Positions 30,047 through 39,280 of a stretch of DNA of 64,000 bases are shown here, one piece after another. This DNA is from Myxococcota bacterium. GTDB taxonomy: Bacteria; Myxococcota_A; SURF-8. Position 1 is the stretch's first letter, and every line of letters starts with the position of its first letter. The translations under genes and the position numbers were made by a program. A model generated the notes under the pieces. The model had not been told where the DNA came from. It ran no database searches and worked only from the letters and a program-made list of their open reading frames with translations. The stretch lies in assembly GCA_963674735.2 (NCBI GenBank), contig CAXXQS010000003.1:96001-160000 (forward strand). The letters run 5' to 3'.

Positions 30047-30082
30047 GGTTTCCCTGCTTCAGCTGCCGACATTCCGGGATCG

Positions 30083-31327
30083 TCAGGCCGCTTCCTGGAC
30101 GTGACGCGCCGGGGCCGGACGCTGTTTGGCTTTGCCGGGGGCGGCGTTTTGAACGTTTAGCCGCGATTCGGCGTTTAGACTATAGCTGCGTCCACGCCAT
30201 TCCACTTCACGTTTGAACAGAATCGATGCGTAGATGACAGGCGAAATCAGCATCAGGACTATCGGCATGATGAGATGTTGCAAGGGTAATCGTGCACCGC
30301 CGTGACTGTGGTGCAGTCGGGTGACACTCAGGGCCACGCCGAGCGGAGCCAGCAGAAAAAGGACGGTGGCCGTCAAGCTTCCCAGAGTTGCGGAGACGAT
30401 GGTGCCAACGACACCCAGCCAGAAAAGGATGCCCGTTTCCCAACCGAAACGCTTGAACGACCAGCCCGGAAGACCGGAACGCGAAAAAGCGATCCAGCGA
30501 ATATATAAGCGCCAGAAGGCCGGCCAACTCATGCCCTCCTGAATGATGCTGACCGGGTGGGGGGACATCTGGTTACGCAATTTGGCCTGGTGAACTTGTG
30601 CGCCGATGTACATATCGTCCACCAGCTGCCCACTCGCCACCTCAAGACCGCCGATGCGTCGGATGGCGTAGCGGGTCATGACCATGAACTGTCCCATGAT
30701 GAACGGGAGGCTGCCGTCGTTGTCGGCGGCGACGCTGCGGGCGGCCGGACCGTACATGCCGTTAAGAAGCAAGGCGTAACCGGCGTCTCCGGCCGTGCGG
30801 GTGGGCAAGCTGACTTCCACCGGGGCGAAAGCCGAACCGGCGGCGTTGACGACCAGTGTTTCGACTAGTCGAGTCAGCGCGTCACGGTCGGCGCGCACGT
30901 CGGAATCGACAAAGGCGATGAGTTCGTTGTTCGCTTCACCGTAAGCTTTGATCATGGCGTTCAATTTGCCGGTCTGGTTGGCGGGCGGTTGACCGCAAAA
31001 CAGGATGTCGCCCTTAATTTCACGTCCGGCGGCTCTCAGCTTCGCGATTTCGTCGCGCACCACCGGAACGCCCGGTTCCCGTTCGTCGTCAAAAACAAAC
31101 AACGTTTCGGTTTCTCCGGGGTAGTCGAAGTCGAACGCGGCACGAACATTTTCCGCCAGGCCGGGGTCGAGCCCTTTGATCGGGCGGATAATGGAAACCG
31201 AGGGATAAGCCAGCAGGGGCTGCGTTGCGGATTTTCTTCGGCGACCCCTTTCGAGGTTTCGATGAAGCGCGAACAAGGCAACGGCCGAGGCAATGGCACT
31301 CACGATGAGGAAAAAGCTAGTTGGCAT
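30083..31327 (-). CDS. GT2/GT21 glycosyltransferase, ceramide glucosyltransferase/HpnI-like
   Basis: N-terminal TM; VSIIRPIKGLDPGL, GKLNAM, DSD, LVDD, xxxRW; C-terminal TMs; VEWRGRSY. Confidence 0.85.
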   Translation of the reverse strand: MPTSFFLIVSAIASAVALFALHRNLERGRRRKSATQPLLAYPSVSIIRPIKGLDPGLAENVRAAFDFDYPGETETLFVFDDEREPGVPVVRDEIAKLRAAGREIKGDILFCGQPPANQTGKLNAMIKAYGEANNELIAFVDSDVRADRDALTRLVETLVVNAAGSAFAPVEVSLPTRTAGDAGYALLLNGMYGPAARSVAADNDGSLPFIMGQFMVMTRYAIRRIGGLEVASGQLVDDMYIGAQVHQAKLRNQMSPHPVSIIQEGMSWPAFWRLYIRWIAFSRSGLPGWSFKRFGWETGILFWLGVVGTIVSATLGSLTATVLFLLAPLGVALSVTRLHHSHGGARLPLQHLIMPIVLMLISPVIYASILFKREVEWRGRSYSLNAESRLNVQNAAPGKAKQRPAPARHVQEAA

Positions 31328-31350
31328 AGCACACCTCCCTGCTTGGTCGG

Positions 31351-32145
31351 TCAATTCAGCATATCGCGTAGGTTTTCATATAGCTGGGGGAGTTCGGAGG
31401 CGGTCCCGGGACGAACCAGCCAATATGGCAACAGGCCACCCATGTCGACCATGGTCTGGAAGCGAACTTCGGTTCCCTTTCCATCGGCCAGGGGAGTCAG
31501 TTGCCAGAGTCCCCAGTTGGTCGTGACGCGCACCAGGCCCTCTTTCGGGCGCGGACCTTTATCGGTGACGGCTTTATAGGCGATCGAGGTGGTCCCGTTT
31601 TTTCGGCTCCACTTGACGAGCAGGACGTAGTCGCGATCATCGATCACGGGTAGATTCAAGTGCTGATAGACCAGCATCCAGTTGTCGCCGCGTTTGAGAA
31701 TCCGGCTGTCGCTGACGCGCTTGATGCTTTCCACTTGGGATTCATAATCCAATAACGCCTCTGTAATGCGCTCGGGAGTGGCTTCGATGACTCCCCGGGC
31801 GGCAACGTGGACGATCTGTTTGGATTCCTTGTAATAGATGTCGACGCCTTTGGCTTTGTCGATCCACTCATATCCCGCTTCGACCATGGAGGTGGTGGGT
31901 CCGGTGAATTTGGGTTGCGCATAGGCGCTGGAGGAAAGAAAAAGCAACATCACCAGCGCCGACATCGTAAAAGAGGTGACAGGATAGCGGAGTATTTTGG
32001 ATGTGGATTTCCAAAATTGGAGCAAAGGTCGATACGGGAGGGGGCTTGGAGGATTATTGAAGTTCTTGCCTGTTCCCGCTATCCTGTCGTTGAAAGCTTG
32101 TTTTGTCACCCAATATCTAGCTGTTCTATGTTGATTGCCATCCAT
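31351..32145 (-). CDS. START/SRPBCC lipid-binding domain protein, probably exported
   Basis: W....KGVDIY, HLNLPVIDDRDYVL, WQLTP, DMGGLLP.WLV; signal-like MSALVMLLFLSSSAYA; AAGGAG before ATG 32145. Confidence 0.8.
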   Translation of the reverse strand: MDGNQHRTARYWVTKQAFNDRIAGTGKNFNNPPSPLPYRPLLQFWKSTSKILRYPVTSFTMSALVMLLFLSSSAYAQPKFTGPTTSMVEAGYEWIDKAKGVDIYYKESKQIVHVAARGVIEATPERITEALLDYESQVESIKRVSDSRILKRGDNWMLVYQHLNLPVIDDRDYVLLVKWSRKNGTTSIAYKAVTDKGPRPKEGLVRVTTNWGLWQLTPLADGKGTEVRFQTMVDMGGLLPYWLVRPGTASELPQLYENLRDMLN

Positions 32146-32195
32146 CGGGCTCTCCTTTCGACACGATCGAATCGTAATCGATGGCAAAGTGAAAT

Positions 32196-32211
32196 AGCAG
32201 CATTCATGCCA
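32196..32211 (-). promoter_or_regulatory. Sigma54 -24/-12 promoter for the START-GT operon
   Basis: TGGCAT-GAATG-CTGCT on the minus strand, about 50 bp upstream of ATG 32145. Confidence 0.7.
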
Positions 32212-32571
32212 ATTGCGTTGTGTCGCTTCTATCAAGAGCCATTTCGGGGCGGTTGGGTGTCGGAAGAGTAGGATTTTTTAACGAAGACAGGGGTGTATTG
32301 AAACGTGACGGAATGTGGGTTCGATATTCAAGGCTTTGAAAAGTCTCCTTCTTTCTGTGTCAAAGCGCAGTTCGCTATTGTATTTTGCAAGTAGCGGAGG
32401 CCGGATGACGGAGTTGCTGGAAACTGGTATACCAGAATGGGTGAGCGCCATCTCAAAATGAATCGTGTTTTGATTCTCAGGGGAGGTGTGCTTTTACCCC
32501 ACCCTTTTTTTATATCGACGAATTGTGCCCCTTTGTCTTGTTGGCCTTTTTCTTTCATGGCTTTGGGCAGA

Positions 32572-32587
32572 TGGCACGAGATCTGCA
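32572..32587 (+). promoter_or_regulatory. Sigma54 -24/-12 promoter upstream of the activator gene
   Basis: TGGCAC-GAGAT-CTGCA. Confidence 0.7.
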
Positions 32588-32655
32588 AATAGAACCATAC
32601 CTGATAGAAATCTGCTACATTTGGTGGGTAGCTGTTGATTTTGAAAGGACTCCTT

Positions 32656-34251
32656 ATGAAAATTGAACCGGACGAGTTTTTTCGGGAAGTCACCTTACGC
32701 ATCAGTAGTAGCTTGGATGTGAATGAAGCGATGGATTCTCTCTTTGAATATATGAAAGCCTTCTTTCCGTTGGATGCCATGTTTCTGAATTACCGAGAGT
32801 CGGACGATGGTTTATACAGCATCAGTCGGGTGGGCGATATGCCGGATATTCTCTCTAAAGATATGAGTGCGCCTATTCTACTCATTGATCGTGCGACCCA
32901 AACACTTTTTGAAGAAGAAGCCGATCGTTTGAATCTGCGTATCGGCGATGTGACCCTGGTGAATCGGCCTTGGCCCGCTTTTTTTCAAAGCTACATAGCA
33001 AGGAATAAACCGGAACTGAACGAAATGCCCTCGGCCATCAACCTGAAATTGAGTATTCAGGGGGAAGATTTGGGGGAATTCGGGATGGCGTGCTATGGCG
33101 AGAATGTGTTCAACTACGATCATGCACATCTGTTGCAAACCGTGAAAGAGCCGATTTCCATCGCCATGAGCAACGCTCGACGCTATCGCGAGCTACTCAG
33201 GCTCAAAGATATTCTGGCCGACGACAACCGCAGCATGCGTCAGGAGTTGGAGCGCATCTCGGGTAACCAGGTGATCGGGGCGGAGTTCGGTCTGCGGCAG
33301 ACCATGGAGATGGTGCGCCAGGTTGCGCCTCTGAACAATCCCATCTTACTTTTGGGGGAAACGGGCACCGGCAAGGAAGTGATTGCCAATGCCATTCACC
33401 TCGCATCGCCAAGACGGGATAAGCCGATGATCCGGGTGCAATGCGGCGCGATCCCCGATACTTTGCTCGACAGCGAATTGTTCGGGCATGAAAAGGGCGC
33501 GTTTACCGGCGCGATCGGCTTGAAGCGCGGGCGTTTCGAACGAGCCGATGGCGGGACGATCTTCTTGGACGAGATCGGCGAGCTGACGATGGACGCCCAG
33601 GTCAAACTCCTGCGTGTGTTGCAGGAACATGAATTCGAGCGGTTGGGTGGAACGAAGACGCTCCAGGCGGATGTACGGGTTATCACCGCCACGAACCGGA
33701 ACCTGGAACGGATGGTGCGGGAAGGACGTTTTCGTGAAGATCTGTGGTATCGCCTGAATGTCTTTCCCATTGTGTTGCCGTCTCTGCGCGAGCGCCGGGA
33801 GGATATTTCATCCCTTACAACCTACTTCATCAACCGTAAAGCAAGAGAGATCGGTTTGCCGGAAACGCCGCAACTGGGGCCGGGTGCTCTCGCTGAATTG
33901 GAAGCTTACAACTGGCCGGGAAATGTCCGGGAACTACAAAATGTGGTGGAGCGGGCCTTGATCATCAGTAACGGTCGGCCGCTGGCCTTTTCCCATCTTG
34001 TCGATGCGGCTGCTTCAACTTCCGACGACGCCCCGTCGTTTTCTTCCCTGTCGGTCATGCCCAACCGACAGTCGGTCAAACCGTTGAATCAGGTGGTGGC
34101 CGAGCATATTTCGCTCGCGTTGAAGGTGGCCCGTGGACAGGTGGAGGGCAAGCGTGGAGCTTCGGCCATGCTGGAGGTCAATCCGAGCACGCTGCGAGCC
34201 AAAATGCGCAAGCTGGCGATTCCGTTCGGGAGGGATGTGGAGGACTACTAG
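32656..34251 (+). CDS. Sigma54-dependent activator, FhlA-like (GAF-like + AAA+ + HTH)
   Basis: GETGTGKE, SELFGHEKGAFTGA, FLDEIGE, WPGNVREL, NPSTLRAKMRKL. Confidence 0.95.
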   Translation: MKIEPDEFFREVTLRISSSLDVNEAMDSLFEYMKAFFPLDAMFLNYRESDDGLYSISRVGDMPDILSKDMSAPILLIDRATQTLFEEEADRLNLRIGDVTLVNRPWPAFFQSYIARNKPELNEMPSAINLKLSIQGEDLGEFGMACYGENVFNYDHAHLLQTVKEPISIAMSNARRYRELLRLKDILADDNRSMRQELERISGNQVIGAEFGLRQTMEMVRQVAPLNNPILLLGETGTGKEVIANAIHLASPRRDKPMIRVQCGAIPDTLLDSELFGHEKGAFTGAIGLKRGRFERADGGTIFLDEIGELTMDAQVKLLRVLQEHEFERLGGTKTLQADVRVITATNRNLERMVREGRFREDLWYRLNVFPIVLPSLRERREDISSLTTYFINRKAREIGLPETPQLGPGALAELEAYNWPGNVRELQNVVERALIISNGRPLAFSHLVDAAASTSDDAPSFSSLSVMPNRQSVKPLNQVVAEHISLALKVARGQVEGKRGASAMLEVNPSTLRAKMRKLAIPFGRDVEDY

Positions 34252-34257
34252 ATCGTA

Positions 34258-35670
34258 TCAAGCTCTGGGCCAGGACAACGTGACGGTCGTTCCTTCGCCT
34301 TCGCGACTGCTGATATCGACGGCAATACGATGTAACTTGGCGATTTCATCCACAATTGCGAGCCCCAAGCCCGAACCGCCGGTGGCGGTGGCGCGGCTTT
34401 CATCGACACGATAGAAACGTTCGAAAACATTCGAAAGTTTGTCGGCGGGAATGCCGATTCCATTGTCGACAATCGTAACAACTGGATATCCCTCCATTTT
34501 TTCAAGCGTGAGTGTTACGTGTCCACCGGGGCGGCTGAACTTGATGCTGTTGGCCAACAGGTTGCCGAGCATGCGAGCTAAAAGCGGACCGTCTCCGGCT
34601 ATCGTGCATTCTTCCAACTTTTCGATATTGAGCGTCAGGGCCTGCTCGTTAGCCAAGGGGAGCGTTTCTTCGAACGTTTCCAAGACGAGTTGATCAAGCG
34701 ATAGATCGACTAAATCGGAAATTTGGTTCTTCTCGTCTATTCTTGCCAGGAAAAGCAGGTTGTGCACGATCTGGGACAGGCGGTCGACATCGCCGCTGAT
34801 GCGCGTAAGAATGTCGCGGTATTGTTCGGTCTCGCGTGGCTGGCGCAGCGCCAATTCCAGTTCGCCTTTGAGAGCGGTGAGCGGGGTTTTAAGCTCGTGG
34901 GAAACGTCGCCCGAAAAGCGCCGGGCCTTGAGTATTCCCATCTCCAGCCGTTCGATCATGCCGTTCAACGTGCTTGCCAGTTCCCCGATTTCGTCTTTGT
35001 CGCCCCGCGAATCGATACGCAAAGACAGATCTTCGGCGGTGATGGCGCGGGCGGTCTGAGCCATTTTACGGACCGGCCGCAGGGCGCGGCGGACATAGAA
35101 ATACCCCACGAATCCGACGAGCAGAATCAAGCCGAGGGAGATCAAGCTATGCTCCCAGATGGCCCGTTGCCAGGTGTCCATGATGTCGTCGATCAAAACG
35201 GCGGCTTCGATGCGCAAGGGTGATTCGCTTTTGGTGCCGGAGGAGACCGCCAGTATGCGCCAGGGCTTGCCGGCTTTGTTTGTTTGGGTGAACAGCCGAA
35301 GCGTGGGGGCCGGGTCGGGAGGGAGCGGCGGCGGTTCGAAAGAGGGCGAGGTGGACGCATTGCCGAAATGGTTTTCGTGCAGGATCAACGGGGGATTTTG
35401 CCGAGTTTGGGTCCATAGGCGCACCCAGGCGGTGGAACCTTCGAGATGCGGCGCGACGAGACTCGGCCAGTCGACGGCTTGCGTTCCCAGCGGCTGGCGG
35501 CGGTTGAGCTTATGGGAAACCCGGCAGTCCTCGGCGAGATTTCTCAGGCGCGTATCCACCGTATCGAGCAGATTACGCCGCAATCCGATGACATCCGCGC
35601 CCACAAAAACAATCAGGATCGCAGTGACCGTGAGGGTGTACCATAAAATAAGTTGCCAGCGCAGGGACAT
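34258..35670 (-). CDS. HAMP sensor histidine kinase (CusS-like)
   Basis: Two TMs, HAMP, SHELKTPL, NLLANSIKF, DNGIGI, GSGLGL. Confidence 0.93.
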   Translation of the reverse strand: MSLRWQLILWYTLTVTAILIVFVGADVIGLRRNLLDTVDTRLRNLAEDCRVSHKLNRRQPLGTQAVDWPSLVAPHLEGSTAWVRLWTQTRQNPPLILHENHFGNASTSPSFEPPPLPPDPAPTLRLFTQTNKAGKPWRILAVSSGTKSESPLRIEAAVLIDDIMDTWQRAIWEHSLISLGLILLVGFVGYFYVRRALRPVRKMAQTARAITAEDLSLRIDSRGDKDEIGELASTLNGMIERLEMGILKARRFSGDVSHELKTPLTALKGELELALRQPRETEQYRDILTRISGDVDRLSQIVHNLLFLARIDEKNQISDLVDLSLDQLVLETFEETLPLANEQALTLNIEKLEECTIAGDGPLLARMLGNLLANSIKFSRPGGHVTLTLEKMEGYPVVTIVDNGIGIPADKLSNVFERFYRVDESRATATGGSGLGLAIVDEIAKLHRIAVDISSREGEGTTVTLSWPRA

Positions 35671-36371
35671 CAGGCAGGTTCCTTTTCGGTCAGCCTGTAG
35701 CCTTTTCCACGAATCGTATGAATGAGCTTGACCGGCTGATCGCGGTCGATTTTGTTGCGCAGGTGGTGCAGGTACACGTTGACCACGTTGGTTTTGGGGT
35801 CGAAATTCATGCCCCAGACCTGCTCGATCAATTCGCGGTCGGAAACGGTGCGGCTGCTGTGACGCATGAGGTAGGCCAACAGCTTGAACTCTTTCGAGGT
35901 CAGCTCGATGTTTGTGTCGTTACGTCGGGCTTTGCGGGTTTGAAGGTCCAGTTCCAAATCGGCGACGTGCAGCAGGTTGTCGGTGTAGAGTCCGTTGCGG
36001 CGGATTTGGGCGTGGATGCGTGCCAGAAGTTCTTCGAAGGAAAAGGGCTTGACCATGTAATCGTCGGCTCCGGCGCTTAGTCCGGTGATCTTGTCTTCCA
36101 TCGAGCTTTTAGCGGTCAACATGACGATCGGGGTGGTGATGTGCTGTTGGCGCGTTTGTCGGCAGACTTGCAAACCGTCGACGATCGGCAGCATCAGGTC
36201 GAGGATGATGCAATCATAGGTGGAGGTCGTCAGCGCATCGAGTGCAGCCTGGCCATCGGGCGCACGGGTGACGGTAAAGCCTTCTTCGCAGAATCCTTCC
36301 ATCAGAAAATCACTGACGCGATTGTCATCTTCGACAAGCAGCAGGCTTTGAGAACTCGAATCCATCATCAA
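35670..36371 (-). CDS. OmpR/CusR-family response regulator
   Basis: LLVEDD, LDLMLP, GADDYMVKPF, winged-helix IHTIRGKGY. Confidence 0.95.
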   Translation of the reverse strand: MMMDSSSQSLLLVEDDNRVSDFLMEGFCEEGFTVTRAPDGQAALDALTTSTYDCIILDLMLPIVDGLQVCRQTRQQHITTPIVMLTAKSSMEDKITGLSAGADDYMVKPFSFEELLARIHAQIRRNGLYTDNLLHVADLELDLQTRKARRNDTNIELTSKEFKLLAYLMRHSSRTVSDRELIEQVWGMNFDPKTNVVNVYLHHLRNKIDRDQPVKLIHTIRGKGYRLTEKEPA

Positions 36372-36604
36372 CCTCCAGTCCCATTATAGTCAAGGCACCG
36401 TCTTTCGCCAACCAATCAACGAAGAAGATCAAAAGTCGAGGTATTCGGGCTGATGACTCTTCGATCGGTTACCCGAGAAAACTCACTATGATCAGCGGAA
36501 TACGTTCGTTTTCGATGAGTGGAATGTTTGTATCTGAATAATTTTCTTTTCTTGACGATCCGCATTCGAGAAGAGATGGATGGCCGGATGTGCCGTGAAA
36601 CCAT

Positions 36605-36637
36605 AAAAAAGCAGGGGCAGGAACGTATCCTGCCCCT
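36605..36637 (-). terminator. Intrinsic terminator (minus strand)
   Basis: AGGGGCAGGA-loop-TCCTGCCCCT then GC and TTTTTT. Confidence 0.75.
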
Positions 36638-36948
36638 AAGTCCGCGATTTGCGGGCGGGTGAGTTGAGGCGGTGTGGAGGGAACGGGGTCATCATGGGCC
36701 GGGTGCCTGAAAAACCGAGAGTCCGATCATCGTGAGTCAACATCCTGAATTCGCTGGAGTGAATCACCCAAGTCTCAGCGGTTGGGTCGACTGGCCTCGA
36801 AAGTTTGGTTTTCAAGAGTTGCTTTAATGCTCCACACATATTTTGTAATCGGTTTGAAGCGGGGAAAGTTTAGCAAAAAGTGACCTAAAAACCGATTTGC
36901 CGCATCGCCTAATTCGTAGGCGTGGAATAGGCCGAACGAAATCAGGCG

Positions 36949-36978
36949 ATTATACTGAATACGCAGGCATCGTGTTAA
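36949..36978 (-). promoter_or_regulatory. Candidate sigma70 promoter
   Basis: TTAACA, 18 bp, TATAAT on the minus strand. Confidence 0.5.
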
Positions 36979-37031
36979 GCTTCAGGCGAGCCGGAAGGTC
37001 GGTCGATCCCGGTTTTATTTCCCCAAATCAT

Positions 37032-37715
37032 TCATCGTTTGGCCAGGTAAATGATGTCCGTGGGACCGGCCTGCGGGTCGATATCGGTCGAAACCAAGGT
37101 CTCAACCTCGGGAAAGATATCCCGTAGGGCTTCTTCCAGGGGTGGATTGGGGTTGGGGCTCCAGATCGCCAATATGCCGGGGGGTGCCAGAGCGCGACGG
37201 CAGACGGCCAGCCCGTCTTGGGTGTACAGGTGGGCGTTTCCAGCGGAGGCCAGCCAGCCCGGCCCATTGTCGACATCCAGCAAAATGAGGTGATAGCTGG
37301 CATTGGCGGCCCTTAAAACCTCCATAACATCGGCTATTTGCAGGTTTACGCGCGGGTCCGCGATCGCGTGGCCGTTGGTTTCGGCGAAATACAGGCGGTT
37401 CCACTCCACCACCTTCGGGCCGATTTCGGCTACGGTGACGGCTGCAAGGTCCGGCAGGTCGAGCACGGCTCGCAAGGTGTGACCGGCCCCCAGTCCGCCC
37501 ACCAGAGCGGACAGTTTTGGTGTGGGAGAGGGCAGGCGTTTGTAAGCCTCGGTGGCCATCACCACTTCGCCCAGCGCCCCGTGCGACGCCATCAGGAACG
37601 CGTCGTCGATGCGGATTTCATAGCCGATTTCGCCGCTTTCGGCGCGATAGCGGTGGAGCGTCAGTTCCCCGAAGGGGGTGGGGTCGCGGTCGATCAGGTC
37701 GTAGTGAATCTGCAT
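37032..37715 (-). CDS. Spermidine synthase-like SAM-binding protein
   Basis: FLMAS, LVGGLGAGHTL, ILLDVDNGP. Confidence 0.85.
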   Translation of the reverse strand: MQIHYDLIDRDPTPFGELTLHRYRAESGEIGYEIRIDDAFLMASHGALGEVVMATEAYKRLPSPTPKLSALVGGLGAGHTLRAVLDLPDLAAVTVAEIGPKVVEWNRLYFAETNGHAIADPRVNLQIADVMEVLRAANASYHLILLDVDNGPGWLASAGNAHLYTQDGLAVCRRALAPPGILAIWSPNPNPPLEEALRDIFPEVETLVSTDIDPQAGPTDIIYLAKR

Positions 37716-37813
37716 GATGGCGCTACGGCTCCTTGTCTGAAAACCGGGGACAAACGACGCCTGACTGCATACCGCGATCCGCCGATCCGGTCAAGTGCGG
37801 ACGTATATCGATT

Positions 37814-39280
37814 TCAATCGCGTGCCACTTCCTCCACCACGTTGAGGCGGTAGGTCAAGATCATGCCGATCAACGCGAGCAGCTGTCCGGCGATCAAGGT
37901 GACGAAAAAGCTGAAGCTTTCCATGTGGGTGACGGTGAATGGCTCGATGTCTACACCGGCGGTCTGTTTGATCCAGTCCACCGACAGCCAGGCGAGGCCG
38001 TGTCCGAGCAGCAATCCCGCCAACGCGCCGAGAAGTGTCAGTCCCAGGATTTCCATCATGACCGTCGTCGCCAGGGTGAGACGTCCGACCCCCAGGCTGC
38101 GCAAAAGAGCCAGTTCACGGCGGCGTTCGTTGAGCGACATCACCAGTGTTACCAGAATCATGGCCAGAGCAATCAGCAACATGCCGGAACTGACCGCCTC
38201 CACGAAGATTTCACCCTTGTTGATATGATTGACGAATTCGCGGATGCTGCGGGCGGTGTCGACCGCGATGGTGCCGTCGCGCAGGGTGTATTCGCGCTCC
38301 AGCATGCCGGTGAAGGCCGGGTTGGATGTGCGCACCAGGACCGCCGTCAACCGGTGAGTGGAGAGGGTGTACTTGTCCGGCTTGGGCGTATCGTGCGGGT
38401 TGTGCGCGTCGGTTTCCATGTGACCGGCATGCGCGTCATGCTCGGCATGCGTGTCATGCTCGGCATGCGTGTCATGATCGGGGAGTGCGGTCTGCGCAGC
38501 ATGCATTTCGTGCTTTTCGTGTCCACCGTGCCCGTCTTGTCCCTCGTGCTTCTCATGCCCGTCATGCTTCTCGTGTCCATCGTGGGCGTCGTGTCGATCG
38601 GTTGCATGCGAGTCATGACCGTGTGCGCCGTGTTTGTGATGTCCATGCGCGTGGATCTTCCAGACCGACTCGTACTGGGTGAAAATGGCCATGTCCTCGG
38701 GTCCGCCGGTAGGATTCATGATTCCGGCGACGCGGTAGGTCAGTTCGGTGTGTTCGTGCGCCCCCATCGAGCCCACCATGCCGTGTTGGCCATGGAAGGT
38801 GTCGCCGACGCTCAGTCCGCTGCGTTGGGCGGCCGACCAGCCGATGACGGCGTTTTCGACGGCGCTCAGATCGATGGCCCCTGCGGAGGCCCCGGCTCCC
38901 AGGTCGTCGAGAAAAGCCTTGTTGGTGCCGATGATCCGGATATTGCGGTAGGAGTCGGCCACCGCGATCGGGTAGGCGGAGATGACGCGTTTATCCTGCT
39001 CAAGCTCCTTGAACACCTCGAAGTCGATGGTGCCGGAGGGCTTGTCGATGTAAAACAAGGTCGATAGGATCACCTGAACGCCCGAGGCTCCGGCCGGACC
39101 CACCACCAGCGGGTAGCGGATCGAACCTTCGACGGCGGTCTTTTTTACGGCGAAGTTGACCACGCCTACCCCGACGATGAACACCAACGAGAGGGCGATG
39201 GCGGCGATGGAAACCAGGGTGGCGAAGCGGCGATGCGTCAGATACCGCCAGGCGAGAGTGGCTTGTGCGCGCGCTTTCAT
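37814..39280 (-). CDS. MacB/FtsX-type ABC permease with a His-rich periplasmic insertion
   Basis: MacB-PCD plus FtsX (ERRRELALLRSLG); tract of about 27 His. Confidence 0.9.
   Translation of the reverse strand: MKARAQATLAWRYLTHRRFATLVSIAAIALSLVFIVGVGVVNFAVKKTAVEGSIRYPLVVGPAGASGVQVILSTLFYIDKPSGTIDFEVFKELEQDKRVISAYPIAVADSYRNIRIIGTNKAFLDDLGAGASAGAIDLSAVENAVIGWSAAQRSGLSVGDTFHGQHGMVGSMGAHEHTELTYRVAGIMNPTGGPEDMAIFTQYESVWKIHAHGHHKHGAHGHDSHATDRHDAHDGHEKHDGHEKHEGQDGHGGHEKHEMHAAQTALPDHDTHAEHDTHAEHDAHAGHMETDAHNPHDTPKPDKYTLSTHRLTAVLVRTSNPAFTGMLEREYTLRDGTIAVDTARSIREFVNHINKGEIFVEAVSSGMLLIALAMILVTLVMSLNERRRELALLRSLGVGRLTLATTVMMEILGLTLLGALAGLLLGHGLAWLSVDWIKQTAGVDIEPFTVTHMESFSFFVTLIAGQLLALIGMILTYRLNVVEEVARD
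38428..38481. repeat. Three tandem 18-bp coding repeats (HDTHAE-type)
   Basis: GCATGCGCGTCATGCTCG / GCATGCGTGTCATGCTCG / GCATGCGTGTCATGATCG. Confidence 0.8.

Noticed and set aside
6413-31327. Hopanoid biosynthesis cluster (HpnA-, HpnI- and HpnJ-like genes)
   Set aside because: The genes are scattered in separate units, and no squalene-hopene cyclase, HpnH or squalene synthase is present.
38390-38653. Tandem repeats as a CRISPR array
   Set aside because: In-frame coding repeats with no unique spacers and no cas genes.
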